Source: Octopus bimaculoides
Taxonomy: Eukaryota
Length of the DNA stretch: 64,000 nt
Direction of reading: 5' to 3'
Assembly (NCBI RefSeq): GCF_001194135.2
Contig: NC_068989.1
Location: forward strand, 58,688,308 to 58,752,307
In this document: positions 37,553-50,393 of the stretch, piece by piece
Position numbering within the stretch: the first letter of the stretch is position 1
Layout of the letters: each line of letters begins with the position of its first letter
The notes under the pieces: generated by a model
What the model saw: only the letters and a program-made list of their open reading frames with translations
Database searches by the model: none
Told to the model about the DNA's origin: nothing
Made by a program: the position numbers and the translations under genes

Positions 37553-37599
37553 ACGGGAGAGAGTATTTCATTTTGTGATAAATAAAATACCTACCCTGG

Positions 37600-39170
37600 G
37601 TGAGGGATTGGTGGACAACGTCGGATGAGGTACCTTGCAGTATTTAACCTTGCGTTTTTGTTTTTGAGTTCAACTTGTGTCTCCTCTTATCAACCGCCTG
37701 TTGGCAGAAAGGAGTCCCTTGGTGATAAGCCATTAATGTCAGTGAGAGCGACGCAATGACTGGAACAATTTTTGCTTTAGTATGTGGAACTTGTTAGAAA
37801 CAAATTGTGCAAGTTCTCTCTGATCGGCTGGAAGCGTTTGAAGCCAATGAGGACATCATTTGACCCAATTTGGGGACAAGGGACGAAACAAGCGTTTATG
37901 TTTATTATCTAGAATCGAAGGTCCAATCCATGCGATTGCATCACACTTCTTTTCCAAGGTCTAAGAAGTTCAATTGCCAGTAAATGATCGACACAGAATG
38001 TCATGACAGTCAATTGGCACTAAAGCTATGACTGTCGGGAGACGTTCGCCACAGATTGTGTCAGCAGGTTTTATCTGTTGTTGCATCAAAAAGTCGCAAA
38101 GACTGAAATGTGTCGTGACCCTGCATATGATGCACACAGTAAGAGCAAACTGAGGTTAGGGTTTTCCCTTTGGATACCGCTGGAGGATGGTATGATATCG
38201 GTAACAAGATGAACATTTAGTGACCCGTGAAGTACAGTTCAAAGCATTCTTCATACGAATCTTAATAACGAAACGTCAAGACACAGTCACATCTGCAGTC
38301 AGGTCTTCAAAGTATCGCTGAAACTACTTCATCGAATTCGAATACTCTATCCAGTGTAATTATTATTCTATCCAGAGTGAGTATGTAACATCCGGTTTCA
38401 CAATACTGGAAGGTAACACGACTCCTTTTCCTGCAAGATATAATGCTTTCTTTGGTCACCTGTTAAATTAGCACTGTCAGTATATCTATCAATATTGGCC
38501 TCTTATTGTATCCTCATCAACGAGCTTCTTACAACCTTGTAGAATCTATCACGATCGCAGCACACAAAACTGCCTACAGGGCCTAAACATCACTCAACTT
38601 TAATCTTGTTGGTATTCTATCTGTTGAACATAAATAGGTCGGTGTCCTGGAATTTAATCTCGGATACCTTGTTGATTAGTTTGACTGTCCTCAATTATGC
38701 TCCATTCTCATCTCCACAATAGCGCATTTCCCCATATTGACTGGTACCGAGATCGATAACTTCGATAGCTGTTTGACTAAGGTGTGGACTTCGGTACTAA
38801 AAGCGACCCAAATGCCGCCGAGGGTCTACAGTAGGTGTTTTTGGACTCTATTTTACGTCATGCTGCCTCAACAATTTTTGGAATGTGACATGTGTCACAT
38901 TCCAAATTAGTACAACGGCAACCTTGTGAAATTGACTCAGATCCCAACTTCGTTACCCGACAGGAAGGGGATTGCAAGTTGCCAAAATACCAGCTACTCT
39001 TTGAAAGGTCTACGTTTTAACCTAAATGTTAGACAACCTGGAACCCTGAAATAACTCCCTACTCAATCTGATCAGAATAGAAATAGCCATATGAGGAGAT
39101 GAAGTCCGATTATTGAACTATCCTTTCTCCATGTCTTACAACGAGTCAAGACCACGGGTAACATATCTTG
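37600..39170 (-). mobile_element. Decayed Gypsy LTR retrotransposon pol (RNase H/integrase) remnant
   Basis: Minus fragments in pol order: GVVLPSSI (cf. RVVIPSSL), SHGL (cf. HGLP), ASNASSRSER (cf. PASNGxAER), NGLSPR (cf. GxSPAELL). No LTRs recognised. Confidence 0.55.
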
Positions 39171-39384
39171 TATCAGAAGTTAATTCTTTCAGTTTGTTCT
39201 GTCACATAAATTATAGCCCCAAATAATTCATAATCTATATGAACATTTGTTGAGCACATTTGGTGTAAAATGCCGCCGGAAGACCAATTATAGTATACCC
39301 TGTGGAGTTCATATCTTACAACTGAGTTGGTCTGTGTATGCATGCATGTATGTATGTATGTATGTATGTATGTATGTATGTATG

Positions 39385-39415
<31 letters not shown>

Positions 39416-39739
39416 AGCATATACTCTGACATACACATATAAAGGGAAAGCGAAGAGTGAGAGGGAGAGTGATATGTGTGTCTAATTTTGGTGCTAAATC
39501 CGCAATTACTGCAAACATAGTAACACCAAAACTAAATCTTTCGACAAAATAACGCTTATCTGTGGAATGCTTTTCCTCTCTCATGTACTGCCGAGGTTGG
39601 TGCATTATTTTTATGGTATCTTTTACATCTCTAATCATAACCTTTTCCCTTTCTTTGGAGTCATTTTAATATTTTGTTATAAACTTTCGGTTGTGCTGAA
39701 TATATGAATGAATGCACATCTGTGCGCGTGCGTTGATGT

Positions 39740-39769
39740 GTGTGTGAGGGGTTGCACGTACACACACAA

Positions 39770-39800
<31 letters not shown>

Positions 39801-39866
39801 CATATAATATATATTATACATATATATATTTATGTGTATATATATATATATATATATATTTATATG

Positions 39867-39963
<97 letters not shown>

Positions 39964-40090
39964 TTATATGTATATATATATATACTTATATGTATATATC
40001 CTGTATATATATATATGTTTGTATATATTCATAAATGAATGTGTGTGTCTGTGTCTGAGTCTCTGTGTGTGTATACACACACACACACGC
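39740..40090. repeat. Compound (CA)n/(TA)n microsatellite block
   Basis: Direct reading. Confidence 0.95.
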
Positions 40091-40559
40091 GCGATTTGAA
40101 TGTGTTTGATGTTACGAAAGATTTGAGCTATTTTGCCTGTAAGATGTTTTTTCTCCATGGCTCGTTGGTGAAACTGTTTATGGCAGCTTGTGATCACGTT
40201 GTCAGTAACAGGTGTAGAGTTCAAATAGAAACAGGACAAACTACTTACCTACTACAACCCCTCAAAATGCTCACAAGAAAAAGATTTAAAATAATGATAT
40301 TTCTACGTAGAAACTAGTGTAGCTGTTATGTGGCAGTAGTCTGCGAAAGCAGCAGGGAGAGAGAGAAGCAAAAGAACGAGACAACGGAGAAATGAAAGAA
40401 AGGGAAATCAGTTGAAAGAACACGCATAATTAAATACTTTCTTAAAGGACCTTGTTTGTATTTCCTTTATTTCTGCACGAGAATACATCTTGAACAGAAG
40501 AAGCAACTGTTGTTTTTCCAGGGATTTTTTTTTTATCTCCTCCTTTTGCTAACATCACC

Positions 40560-40699
40560 ACTCCACCACCAACATGCTAATAACACACCCAGCCCTCATC
40601 GCACCCACCATTGCTGCTGCCACTGCTGCTGCAACTACTACTACTACAAGTGCCACCACCCGCACTATTGCTACTGCTGCAAGTACCACCGCCAGCACC

Positions 40700-40780
<81 letters not shown>

Positions 40781-40790
40781 GTTGCTGCTG
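40560..40790. repeat. (ACT)n microsatellite with degenerate (GCT/ACC) flank
   Basis: Direct reading. Confidence 0.95.
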
Positions 40791-41339
40791 CTTGCTTCGC
40801 TTCTGACTTGTCAACTCGGTAGAGTTTCAATTCTTGGTTGAATTTATTTCACCGGTGCCTTGCTATTAGTCACGCCTTTAAAATATGGAATCTTCGCAGA
40901 AACGACCCTCTGGTGTCATATTAAAGAAAAAAATAGGAAAAGCAAACTCTTGGCTTACTGGGCATAAATCAATTTAAAGATCCTTCGCCAAGGAAACATC
41001 TGCATTGGCAAACTGATTCCTAAACTTAGACTGAAAGACAGTGAATAGATTATACACACAGACGCGCGCGCACACACACACACACCTACACACCCAAATG
41101 GAATTCATATAGCGTTATCTCGTTTCTCGTGTCACCAATTGGCTAATGTAGTTAATCACCGTCACTGTATATATATACAGACATGACAAGTAAATAAACA
41201 TCCTTATAATCATTAATATTTATTTAAATCTGAAATTATACATTCAAATTATTGATTAATTGTTATAATGTGAATATTTAATATTTAGTAGACATGCACT
41301 TTGCCTTTTTCAATGGAAGGACTCTATAAGGTATATTAC

Positions 41340-41950
41340 ACAGATCAGATGACGAATATTCACTTGTGGAATTTCTTGCTAAGTTTCATGCAGTAATCTC
41401 AAAAATTCTGGATTTGAATATGCTTTCTTCTTTTTATGAAGTGTCCTGTTCATTATGTCCCAGAAGTGTTCAATAGGGTTCATATCTGGTGACTGGCTTA
41501 ACCACGGAAGTTTTTTAATGCTATTCTTATCCAATAAGTCATGGGTCATTTTAGCCGTGTGACAAGGAGTCCCACCTTCCATAAATAAAGTCTTCTTTAA
41601 CCATTTCACCACTTGGAGAAGATTGAAAAGAGTCGTTTCTGCAATATGGACACATATTTATCTGAGTTTATGTTTCCTTCACACTCCACCAGCTCTGATC
41701 AACTATTGCTTCAAATTGCTCCCCTGACCATTGCAGAATAGCTGCCGTGTTTCATTGTTGGCTGCAATCTTTTCACATGAAATTCTTGATCACAGAGTCT
41801 CCAAACCCACACTCGGCCACTGTCAGGAAATACAGCAAATATGGATCATCAGAGAATACGACAATGTCCCAAAATGCTAGTGGCCTCTCCACCATCTCAC
41901 TGGCCCAATCTTTTCTCCGCTTGATGTTGGCTGGTCAAATGCCAATACAG
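41340..41950 (-). mobile_element. Tc1-like transposase remnant (catalytic DDE region)
   Basis: FWDIVVFSDD, GRVWVWR, LQPTMKHG, ECEGNINSDKYVSILQ, PCHTAK, WLSQSPDMNPIEHFW. Confidence 0.88.
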
Positions 41951-42115
41951 CTTGGTACCAGTGATGTCACAACTCATTTCTACAGCTCAGTGAACTGGAG
42001 CAACGTGAAATAAAGTACCTTGCTCAAGAAAACAACATACAACCTGGTTCAGGAATTGAACTCCCAACCCCATAATAGTGAGCTCGATGCTCTAACCACT
42101 GAGTCATGCGCCTTC
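41950..42115 (-). mobile_element. tRNA-derived SINE head (family C type)
   Basis: Minus gaaggcgcatgactcagtggttagagc..gagttcaattcc..cacgttgctccagttcactgagctg. Confidence 0.82.
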
Positions 42116-42640
42116 ACACATACACATACACTCGCTCGCGCACACATACAGAGACACAGACACACCCACATACGCGGACGCGCATCGGCAAATCAAAATT
42201 AAAAAAGAACAAAAGTCAATTGGACTATTGGACGTAAATAGTGAATATATTAAATTGACGCCCATTAAACGCATTAATAAAGCTTACATTATGAACACAA
42301 AGCTGTCCTTTCAGGTTCAGAAAATGCTTCAGTATTGATGAGTCGCTATCTATCTATACAAAACATATGGCTTCCACATTGGAAAGGCCGCAGTAAATTG
42401 CTTTAAACATTAGTTTGACGAGTATTGGTGGATAATTCTGGACATGTTTCGATGTTGTCTGACCTTAACGAATTTGTGGTGAATGAATAATTAACTAGGT
42501 GTGCCATTTGATATTCGAATTAATTATGATCGTTATTTTCTTCATTATTGGGTATTAGTATCAAACTATAAAGTATATTTGAAACTACGGTTTCACCAAA
42601 AATTGGGTCAATAATTCTAGTGGAGTAATTTGCTGAATAG

Positions 42641-43356
42641 GCACAAGTGTGGCTGTGTGGTAAGAAGCTTACTTCCCAACCAGATGGTTCCGGGTTCATT
42701 TCCACTGAGTAGCACCTTGGGCAAGTGTCTTCTACTATAGCCTCGGGACTACCAAAGCCTTGTGAGTGGATTTGGTAGACGGATTGAAACTGAAAGAAGC
42801 CCGTCGTATCTCTCTCTCTCTCTCTCTCTCTCTTTTACTCTTTTACTTGTTTCAGTCATTTGACTGTGGCCATGCTGGAGCACCGCCTTTAGTCGAGCAA
42901 ATCGACCCCAGGACTTATTCTTTGGATGCCTAGTACTTATTCTATCGTTCTCTTTTGCCGAACCGCTAAGTTACGGGGACGTAAACACACCAGCATCGGT
43001 TGTCAAGCGATGTTGGGTGGACAAACACNNNNNNNNNNNNNNNNNNNNNNNNNNNNNNNNNNNNNNNNNNNNNNNNNNNNNNNNNNNNNNNNNNNNNNNN
43101 NNNNNNNNNNNNNNNNNNNNNNNNNNNNNNNNNNNNNNNNNNNNNNNNNNNNNNNNNNNNNNNNNNNNNNNNNNNNNNNNNNNNNNNNNNNNNNNNNNNN
43201 NNNNNNNNNNNNNNNNNNNNNNNNNNNNNNNNNNNNNNNNNNNNNNNNNNNNNNNNNNNNNNNNNNNNNNNNNNNNNNNNNNNNNNNNNNNNNNNNNNNN
43301 NNNNNNNNNNNNNNNNNNNNNNNNNNNNNNNNNNNNNNNNNNNNNNNNNNNNNNNN

Positions 43357-43402
<46 letters not shown>

Positions 43403-43650
43403 GTGTGCGTGTGTGTGTGTTTCTTTGTGTCTGTGTCTGTTCCCTAGTATCAAGTGACAACTGGTGTTGGTGTGTTTACGTTCCCGCAACCTAGCGTTTC
43501 GGCAAAAGAAATCGATAGAATAAGTACCGACCTTTAAAAAGAATAAGGTCTAGGATCGATTCATTCAACAAAAATTGAGAGGGTTGGTACTTCAACATGG
43601 CCGCAGTCTAATGAGTGAAACAAGTAAACGATAAGAAGATAAAAGATAAA
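42641..43650 (+). mobile_element. SINE family B copy interrupted by an opposite-strand family B copy
   Basis: Plus head 42641-42810, minus-strand tail and body about 42820-43028 running into the gap, older plus tail about 43420-43650. Confidence 0.85.
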
Positions 43651-46559
43651 AGATAATACTTGGTTCTGTCGGCTCTAATATATGTTTGTATGAGAACCAA
43701 TGAGTTTTGTGTCAAGTGTACATTCCTATTTTTGAATCGATAAAATAAGAATCAAATTGTAAATAATTTATATATGATACAAAAATATCCAAAGTTTACA
43801 CAGAATATTAGAAAATACATTGTAAGCCAGCGACAAACTGCATTCTACGATGGAAACATTTAAAGCTGGAATATTCAAACTAGTGGTGTGGAATAATACT
43901 TAAAATTTGCATAGTAGCGGCTCTTTATTGCCAGCGAAAGAAATTATTATTTGAAGTGGAGGAAATAAGATCTTGCTTCACAAGATTCGAACTTTTAATC
44001 GTTATTTCATCTGCCTGTTTGCAAGCTTATACTATTTGATATTTTAAAGTATATAGAATTTTTACTTTCTTTGTAACACGCCGATTATGAACTTAAATAT
44101 ACAGACAGCTGCTTTTGTAGCCTTCATATACTATTTTGAAGAGTCTTAATGTATCCATCAGTTTATATAATTTCGTGTCCGAATTTCAAATTGATAAACT
44201 TATTCTGTAAAATCTTGTCAGAACAGAAATATTTTACATGACTTATTCGTTTACATTGTTATTCATAGTAACTATAAGAAGAGAGCTATAGTGTTTTGTT
44301 TTGCTTATAAATGAAATTAAATAGCATAACACACACACACACATACACACAGAATATGTGCGTGTGTGCGATAGTAAAATATTTATTTTACTGCTGAAAA
44401 CTATTTGGACCCTAAATTTGAAGTACTAATGGCTTTTAAAGTTTGTTATCAATGGACATACCGATTAGAGCAGTATATTCTAGACACTTCATCATGAAGC
44501 AATAATCCTCAACCACGTTATAGCTGATAGTTTCATAAGTTGTACAAAACATTTACACTTATGAGCAAATTGTTTTTCTCACATATAAAACAGATTTCAA
44601 TTGTTTCTAAATCCAAATTATACGGAAAGTATAGCGAGCGGTAGCTTTAGATTATAAGAAAGAAAGCAATTTTCAACTGCAACTCTGGAAGGAAATTTGA
44701 ATACTTTTTGCAGAGCGCCCGCCAATGTGTACACTGCTGTGTTAGTCTGAAGGAATCAGTTAAGAACGAAGGAGAATTTGGGTAGCTGTCTTTATTCTGA
44801 GCACGAGACAATTTGCTCGTAACTTCCGGTTGCAACAAATTAAAGAGTATATTATTTCAAATCTCTAAAGGCAAAATATAGAAATCACTCTTAGACATTT
44901 AGTAACAGAAACTGATAATGTTTGGCTCCCATGATTTAATACTCCCCCAGTGGTCTTTATTCTTTTCTGCTGGTGACATTAGCTGACATTAACGATAACA
45001 TGCTGAACATATAAAAAAAAAGCAACAAAAACAGCAAAAAACTGACTATGAGACTGACTCATTCTTTATTTTTTCTATGGTCAAAGATTTGCTTTGTTAA
45101 TACAAAAATTACTTTATAAACGATTGAACGGTGAATAAGTTTGTCACAAACGATAGAGGGATCGGCATTGCAAATCCTATCTCTAAAGTATTTACGATTT
45201 AAGAGAACTTGTGTTGGAAGCTTATTTGATGATATTCGTATTAAAGAAGATACGTATGAGAAAAATATCATTAAAATGAAATGTTGACATTAATTGCATT
45301 GAAATATTGGAAATGAATAGAAGGTAATAGATACTTATGTAAAATTATTTTATGTAAGGAAAAAAACTCAAACAAATAGTAAGATAAATGAAAGAAATAT
45401 TTCTCAAAATACACAAACACAATTTACTTACAGGATAATTTGCACTGCTGTTATTGCTGGAAAATAGAAAACAAAAAGAAAAGATGTCACCATTTCAAGT
45501 AAAATAACAACCACAAGAAAATATATTCAAGTGTATTGTTATTTATACCAACGAGTCAAAAAAGCACTTCCGGTATCTTAGTGTAAACCTTAACAGTAAG
45601 GAAGTTCTTCATACTTTTTTAGTTATTTTTTTCTATTGTTTATTTAAGTATGGAAACCATATATATATATATAAAATGGTGAAATGCATTAATGTTCTTT
45701 TTTATCGAAAAAATATTGTTTACTGTAAAATGAAAATTTTTGAAAATTTTAAATGTTTTTGTGTCTGTATCTAAATTGCTCCGTTTCCTCTTTTTGAATT
45801 TATTTGTGAAAGGCTCTGCTTATGTCTGTGAATACATTTCACTTTATAGTTCATATCAGTACATTGTATGATTCATTGAGAAACAGATAAAATGTTGTTA
45901 CTTTCGGTTCGTTGATATTGGAGTTAATCCAAAGATTTTGTGTTTTCATTTAAGAATCTTGTTAAATTAGGTATACACTAAACTTCCAGAAAAATATGTC
46001 ATCATTTCATTTACTTTTCTATTATTTGAAATATTCTGTTTATATAATAAATTACGAAAGTGTCAACAAAATTTCTTTCTTTAAGAAATTCACTTATAAT
46101 GTTTGCTACTTACGCAAACATTGTTTCTCAGTTTCTCGGCTAACAATGTTTTAAACGAATCTACGAGGGAGCCTTACAGGGCCCCTTATGCTGCAAGAAA
46201 TTAGCAATACCTCTCTGAAATCATCATAAATAAAAAAATATTTTGAATGTTATAGTCCTAGACAGGCCTAAAAAGATAAGTATTGATCATAAGTCTTCTC
46301 AATCAGGACTGACATGCCAAATAACATCTCTTAGAGTTTACGTACTTGACAAAATGTAACGATGGACACTTCTCTTTCCTACAATCTGTTTAAATCAGCT
46401 CTGTTTCAAGGATAGCATTTGTTTTAACACTCTTTTATTAAGTTTTACCTTCATATGCACATATATCCCTTCACTCCTGGCTCCAGATGTAACCTATACT
46501 CCAGATGTAACCTAACCTTCATTCCTGGCTCCAGATGTAACTTACACACCAAACTCACA

Positions 46560-46960
46560 GATTTTCAATCTCTATAAACACCCTCTTAAAACATTCAATA
46601 ATAGAAAAATACTGCGACTAAACACAAACCATGATAAACTAACAATTAAAATATTCTTAAACTTTACAAATTCTAATCACACACTTAAATAGACAAACTT
46701 ATATCGATCTGTAAGGAGTGTTGGAATGAGTGCATCCAACTGCCTAGATCTCCCGAACAAAGAAGGTCCTATACATACATTAGCTTTAGACTGCATTCGA
46801 AAACAAGGTCAATGACAAGATATATAATCAATCTGACAGGTTCTGTCATTACTTCAAACGTACTTTCCCTACTGAACCAATAATCTGTGCACTGTCCACA
46901 CTAAACCCAACACAATTTCTCGATTTACCAACTGCGTATTACACATGCGTAGCATTAAAC
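46560..46960 (+). mobile_element. Possible Penelope ORF N-terminal remnant
   Basis: RYIINLTGSVITSNVLSLLNQ*SVHCP resembles PLE VINLS...E.SLL.KGL.FCP. Confidence 0.4.
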
Positions 46961-46961
46961 A

Positions 46962-47130
46962 TTTAGTTGAGCAAATCGACCCCAGGACTTACTCTTTGTA
47001 AGCTTAATACTTATTCCATCGGTCTCTTTTGCCGAACCGCTAAGTTACGAGGACGTAAGCACACCAGCATCCGTTGTCAAGAGATGTTGGGGGGACAAAC
47101 ACAGACACACAAACATATACACAGACATAC

Positions 47131-47181
<51 letters not shown>

Positions 47182-47342
47182 TACGACGGGCTTCTTTCAG
47201 TTTCCGTCTACCAAATCCACTCGCAAGGCTTTGGTCGGCCCGAGGCTATAGTAGAAGACACTTGCCCAAGGTGCCATGCAGTGGGACTTAACCCGGATCC
47301 ATGTGCTTGGTAAGTAAGCTATCTACCACAAAGCCACTCCTG
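46962..47342 (-). mobile_element. Composite SINE family B, lacking terminal tail
   Basis: Reverse complement of head, (TA)n linker and body. Confidence 0.92.
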
Positions 47343-47619
47343 GAGCTCAGAGTGAGTCGGTATTCTATAGAAAATAAAGGGATTCTCGAACGTAGGATGG
47401 GTGTGAAGCTACCGAGCAAATAAGTGGCCAACCCTGTACATCTCAAATACTGACTAGCGCGCTGTACTATTAAGCTAGTATATATATATATATATATATA
47501 TTAATGACTTAATCCTAATTACATATATATATAATTAGGATAAAGTCATTAATTAATGATTTATCAGTGGCCAGCGTACAAAATAGATCATATGATTTAA
47601 ATAAATATTTAAAGTATAA

Positions 47620-47731
47620 ATATACTCTTTACTTGTTTTACTTATTTCAGTCATTTGACTGCGGCCATGCTGGATCACCGCCTTTAGTCGAGAGAATCGG
47701 CCCCAGGACTTATTCTTTATAAGTCTAGTAC
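47620..47731 (-). mobile_element. SINE family B 3' tail fragment
   Basis: ctcttttacttg..cagtcatttgactgcggccatgctgg..ccccaggacttattc. Confidence 0.9.
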
Positions 47732-48033
47732 GACCCATTGCCTCGTCGCTGTAAGTTTGCCGAAGCATGCTCAATGTTTCTGTAGCAGACTTCCCAAGTT
47801 TAACGCAAAATTTCATGTTCGCACTTTGTTCCTGTCCATGACAAAATCGAAGACTACAGTATACAATAATCACAAAAACACAAATTTCACAACTTGTGAA
47901 GTAAACACAGCCACGTCACTCGGCACACTGCCTCATGAAGGTCACTGTTAGCTCTCGTTGCGCCCACAACCGTGTGCTGTCATCAGTTATCGCGCTACGC
48001 AAGTAATCCGGGAACGTTTTGATACCACCTCGT
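47728..48033 (-). mobile_element. Mariner 5' fragment with one TIR
   Basis: TIR-like cgaggtggtatcaaaacgttcccggattac; N-terminus EQSANMKFCVKLGKSATETLSMLRQTYSDEAMGRT. Confidence 0.9.
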
Positions 48034-48034
48034 G

Positions 48035-48067
<33 letters not shown>

Positions 48068-48330
48068 NNNNNNNNNNNNNNNNNNNNNNNNNNNNNNNNN
48101 NNNNNNNNNNNNNNNNNNNNNNNNNNNNNNNNNNNNNNNNNNNNNNNNNNNNNNNNNNNNNNNNNNNNNNNNNNNNNNNNNNNNNNNNNNNNNNNNNNNN
48201 NNNNNNNNNNNNNNNNNNNNNNNNNNNNNNNNNNNNNNNNNNNNNNNNNNNNNNNNNNNNNNNNNNNNNNNNNNNNNNNNNNNNNNNNNNNNNNNNNNNN
48301 NNNNNNNNNNNNNNNNNNNNNNNNNNNNNN

Positions 48331-48369
<39 letters not shown>

Positions 48370-48520
48370 TAGGCGAACTGGCATAATCGTTAGCAAGTCG
48401 GGCAAAATGCTTAGCGGCATTTCCTCTGTCTTTCCGTTCCAAATTCTTCACTGGAGTCGATTTAATCAGCTTAACCCCTCCCCGCAAATTGCTGGACTGG
48501 TGCCAAAATTTGAAATCTAT
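48370..48520 (+). mobile_element. SINE family A copy, internally deleted
   Basis: aggcgaactggcataatcgttagc head and ggtgccaaaatttgaaa tail. Confidence 0.8.
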
Positions 48521-50393
48521 ATAAAAACGTGTGTGTTGAAAGAGAGCGAAAAGGGCGGGGTGAAATTTGAATTTATGATTGTAATATAACGAAAAAGGAA
48601 GTAATTCTTTTCTTTTTGCTTAAAATCCCTCGTCTTAAATTATCTTAAAGTAAAATTAAATCTACATAGAGTAAAATTAAATCAACCGGCGATGTTGTAA
48701 TGGTATATATCATTAATATCACTTCTTTATGATATCGACTGCAAAAAATAATTGGTTTAACGAAAGCCTTAGTCATTGAATAAAACATTTGAAATTATAC
48801 GAGAAGTGGAACGTGTTCCATGGTTTTTTTTGTTCGAGAATTATTCCTTATATTTTCTTTTTTCTCAACTTGTCTGTCATTTTTCTTACCAATAAGTATT
48901 TGTCATCAGGGTTTGCCTTTTAATTGCCTTACAATTCCAGATATTATGTTTTACTGTCTGGTATCCTACTGTTATTATAAGCCAGCACATTTTTTTTTAT
49001 CCATTCTTATCTTTTTTGGCAATCCGATTAAATCGCTTTTTAAATGTCAAAGAAACTTGCACGATGCAAGCTGGTCTGTTTTGTTAGGCTGTTTACTTAC
49101 GGGAAAGCGAACTAATGCTTAAATTGGTTCAGAGAAAATCTAGAGGATATTAGGAAGGGAAAGCAAAGCACAGCTTTAGATCTGAGACTTTTGCTAAAGG
49201 TAATGAAATAACCAGATCCTTAACAATGTAGATGTTTATACTGACCCTCAGTACGGAAGAACAGGAAAATAGCGGCCAATAAAAAATGGTTGGTACTTTC
49301 TATATCTGACATATTTAAAATCTAAAACTATTTTACTGAAACAATTTGCTGAATGGTTCCCTTGTTTCTGGGTGTTGTTGGTTTGTCAGTTTTGTATGAA
49401 ATAGCGTATGATGACACTGTATTGAAGATCATATATTTAATTCTAGATCAGATAAAGAATATTTATTGAGTCTTTATCTTAACCTCTTAACTAAATGTTC
49501 ATGTGGAATGATCTCAAAAGCTTAGGATCGAAGTTACCTTGAAGTACAGGTGAAACAGGATAACTGTTGCTAATATCTTCCTGTTCAAATGCTATCAAAT
49601 TTACCTCTTAACTAAAGTAGAAAGTTAAAATCTGTTCTATTTTTATCAATTCTATGTAAGATTTACAATTGAAGATTGTAAACCAATTGAAGATTGTAAA
49701 CCAATCGAAGATTTGTCTGCTTGTTCCAGACTATTTTGGAATTCTCTCTATAAGATACCCTCTCCCATTCTGATTCAATTCCCAAACTATGCACGGAAAT
49801 ACTTTAGAAAATGTATTGAGAACAATAACATGTCTTTTCTTAGGGTAAAAAAAATCAATATTTTCCATTACTTTCAGTTCATCTTTACTGACAAAATATT
49901 CCGAACAATAGCGTTGCCAACTTTTCTCTCTCTCTTTCTCTCTTTGCCCTGAAATTTGTGTAATAAAGTGCGGATTTTAATTTTACATTTATACTCTCTT
50001 CCCTAAACACTACCTAATAGATTAGTAGATATGCAATACACTCGTATTTTCAGAATGGTTACTACTGAAAATACATTAAATAGCATCAGTCTAAATTCGT
50101 AAATGTGATAGCGAATATGATACTAGAGTTAATAACTAATCTCTGAATAAAATAGAGAATCATCTGAAAATTTCATATAAGCACTGTTGAAAAGTAAGTC
50201 TCCTTTCTTGTGCATTAATTTCTAATTTAGCAACAGCACCATAAACTGACTGAGGCATTGCAAATAAATGAAAGCCATTAAATTGATTTTAATGCTATTT
50301 CGAGAGGTATTACAGTCAATCTTGGATATGCATCGTCGGTGGGATACACTAATGTATGTGTGTATATGCATCTTTGCATTATATATATATATA

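Noticed and set aside
40456-40841. Mucin-like poly-Thr, poly-Val, poly-Leu and poly-Tyr ORFs
   Set aside because: All frames are open because of an (ACT)n microsatellite; no splice or domain support
44647-45271. Short ORFs of 63 and 70 aa on the minus strand
   Set aside because: No recognisable motif or splice structure; lengths expected by chance
46484-46550. Three copies of ctccagatgtaac; also 17-bp duplication at about 49668-49712
   Set aside because: Short local slippage duplications without further structure
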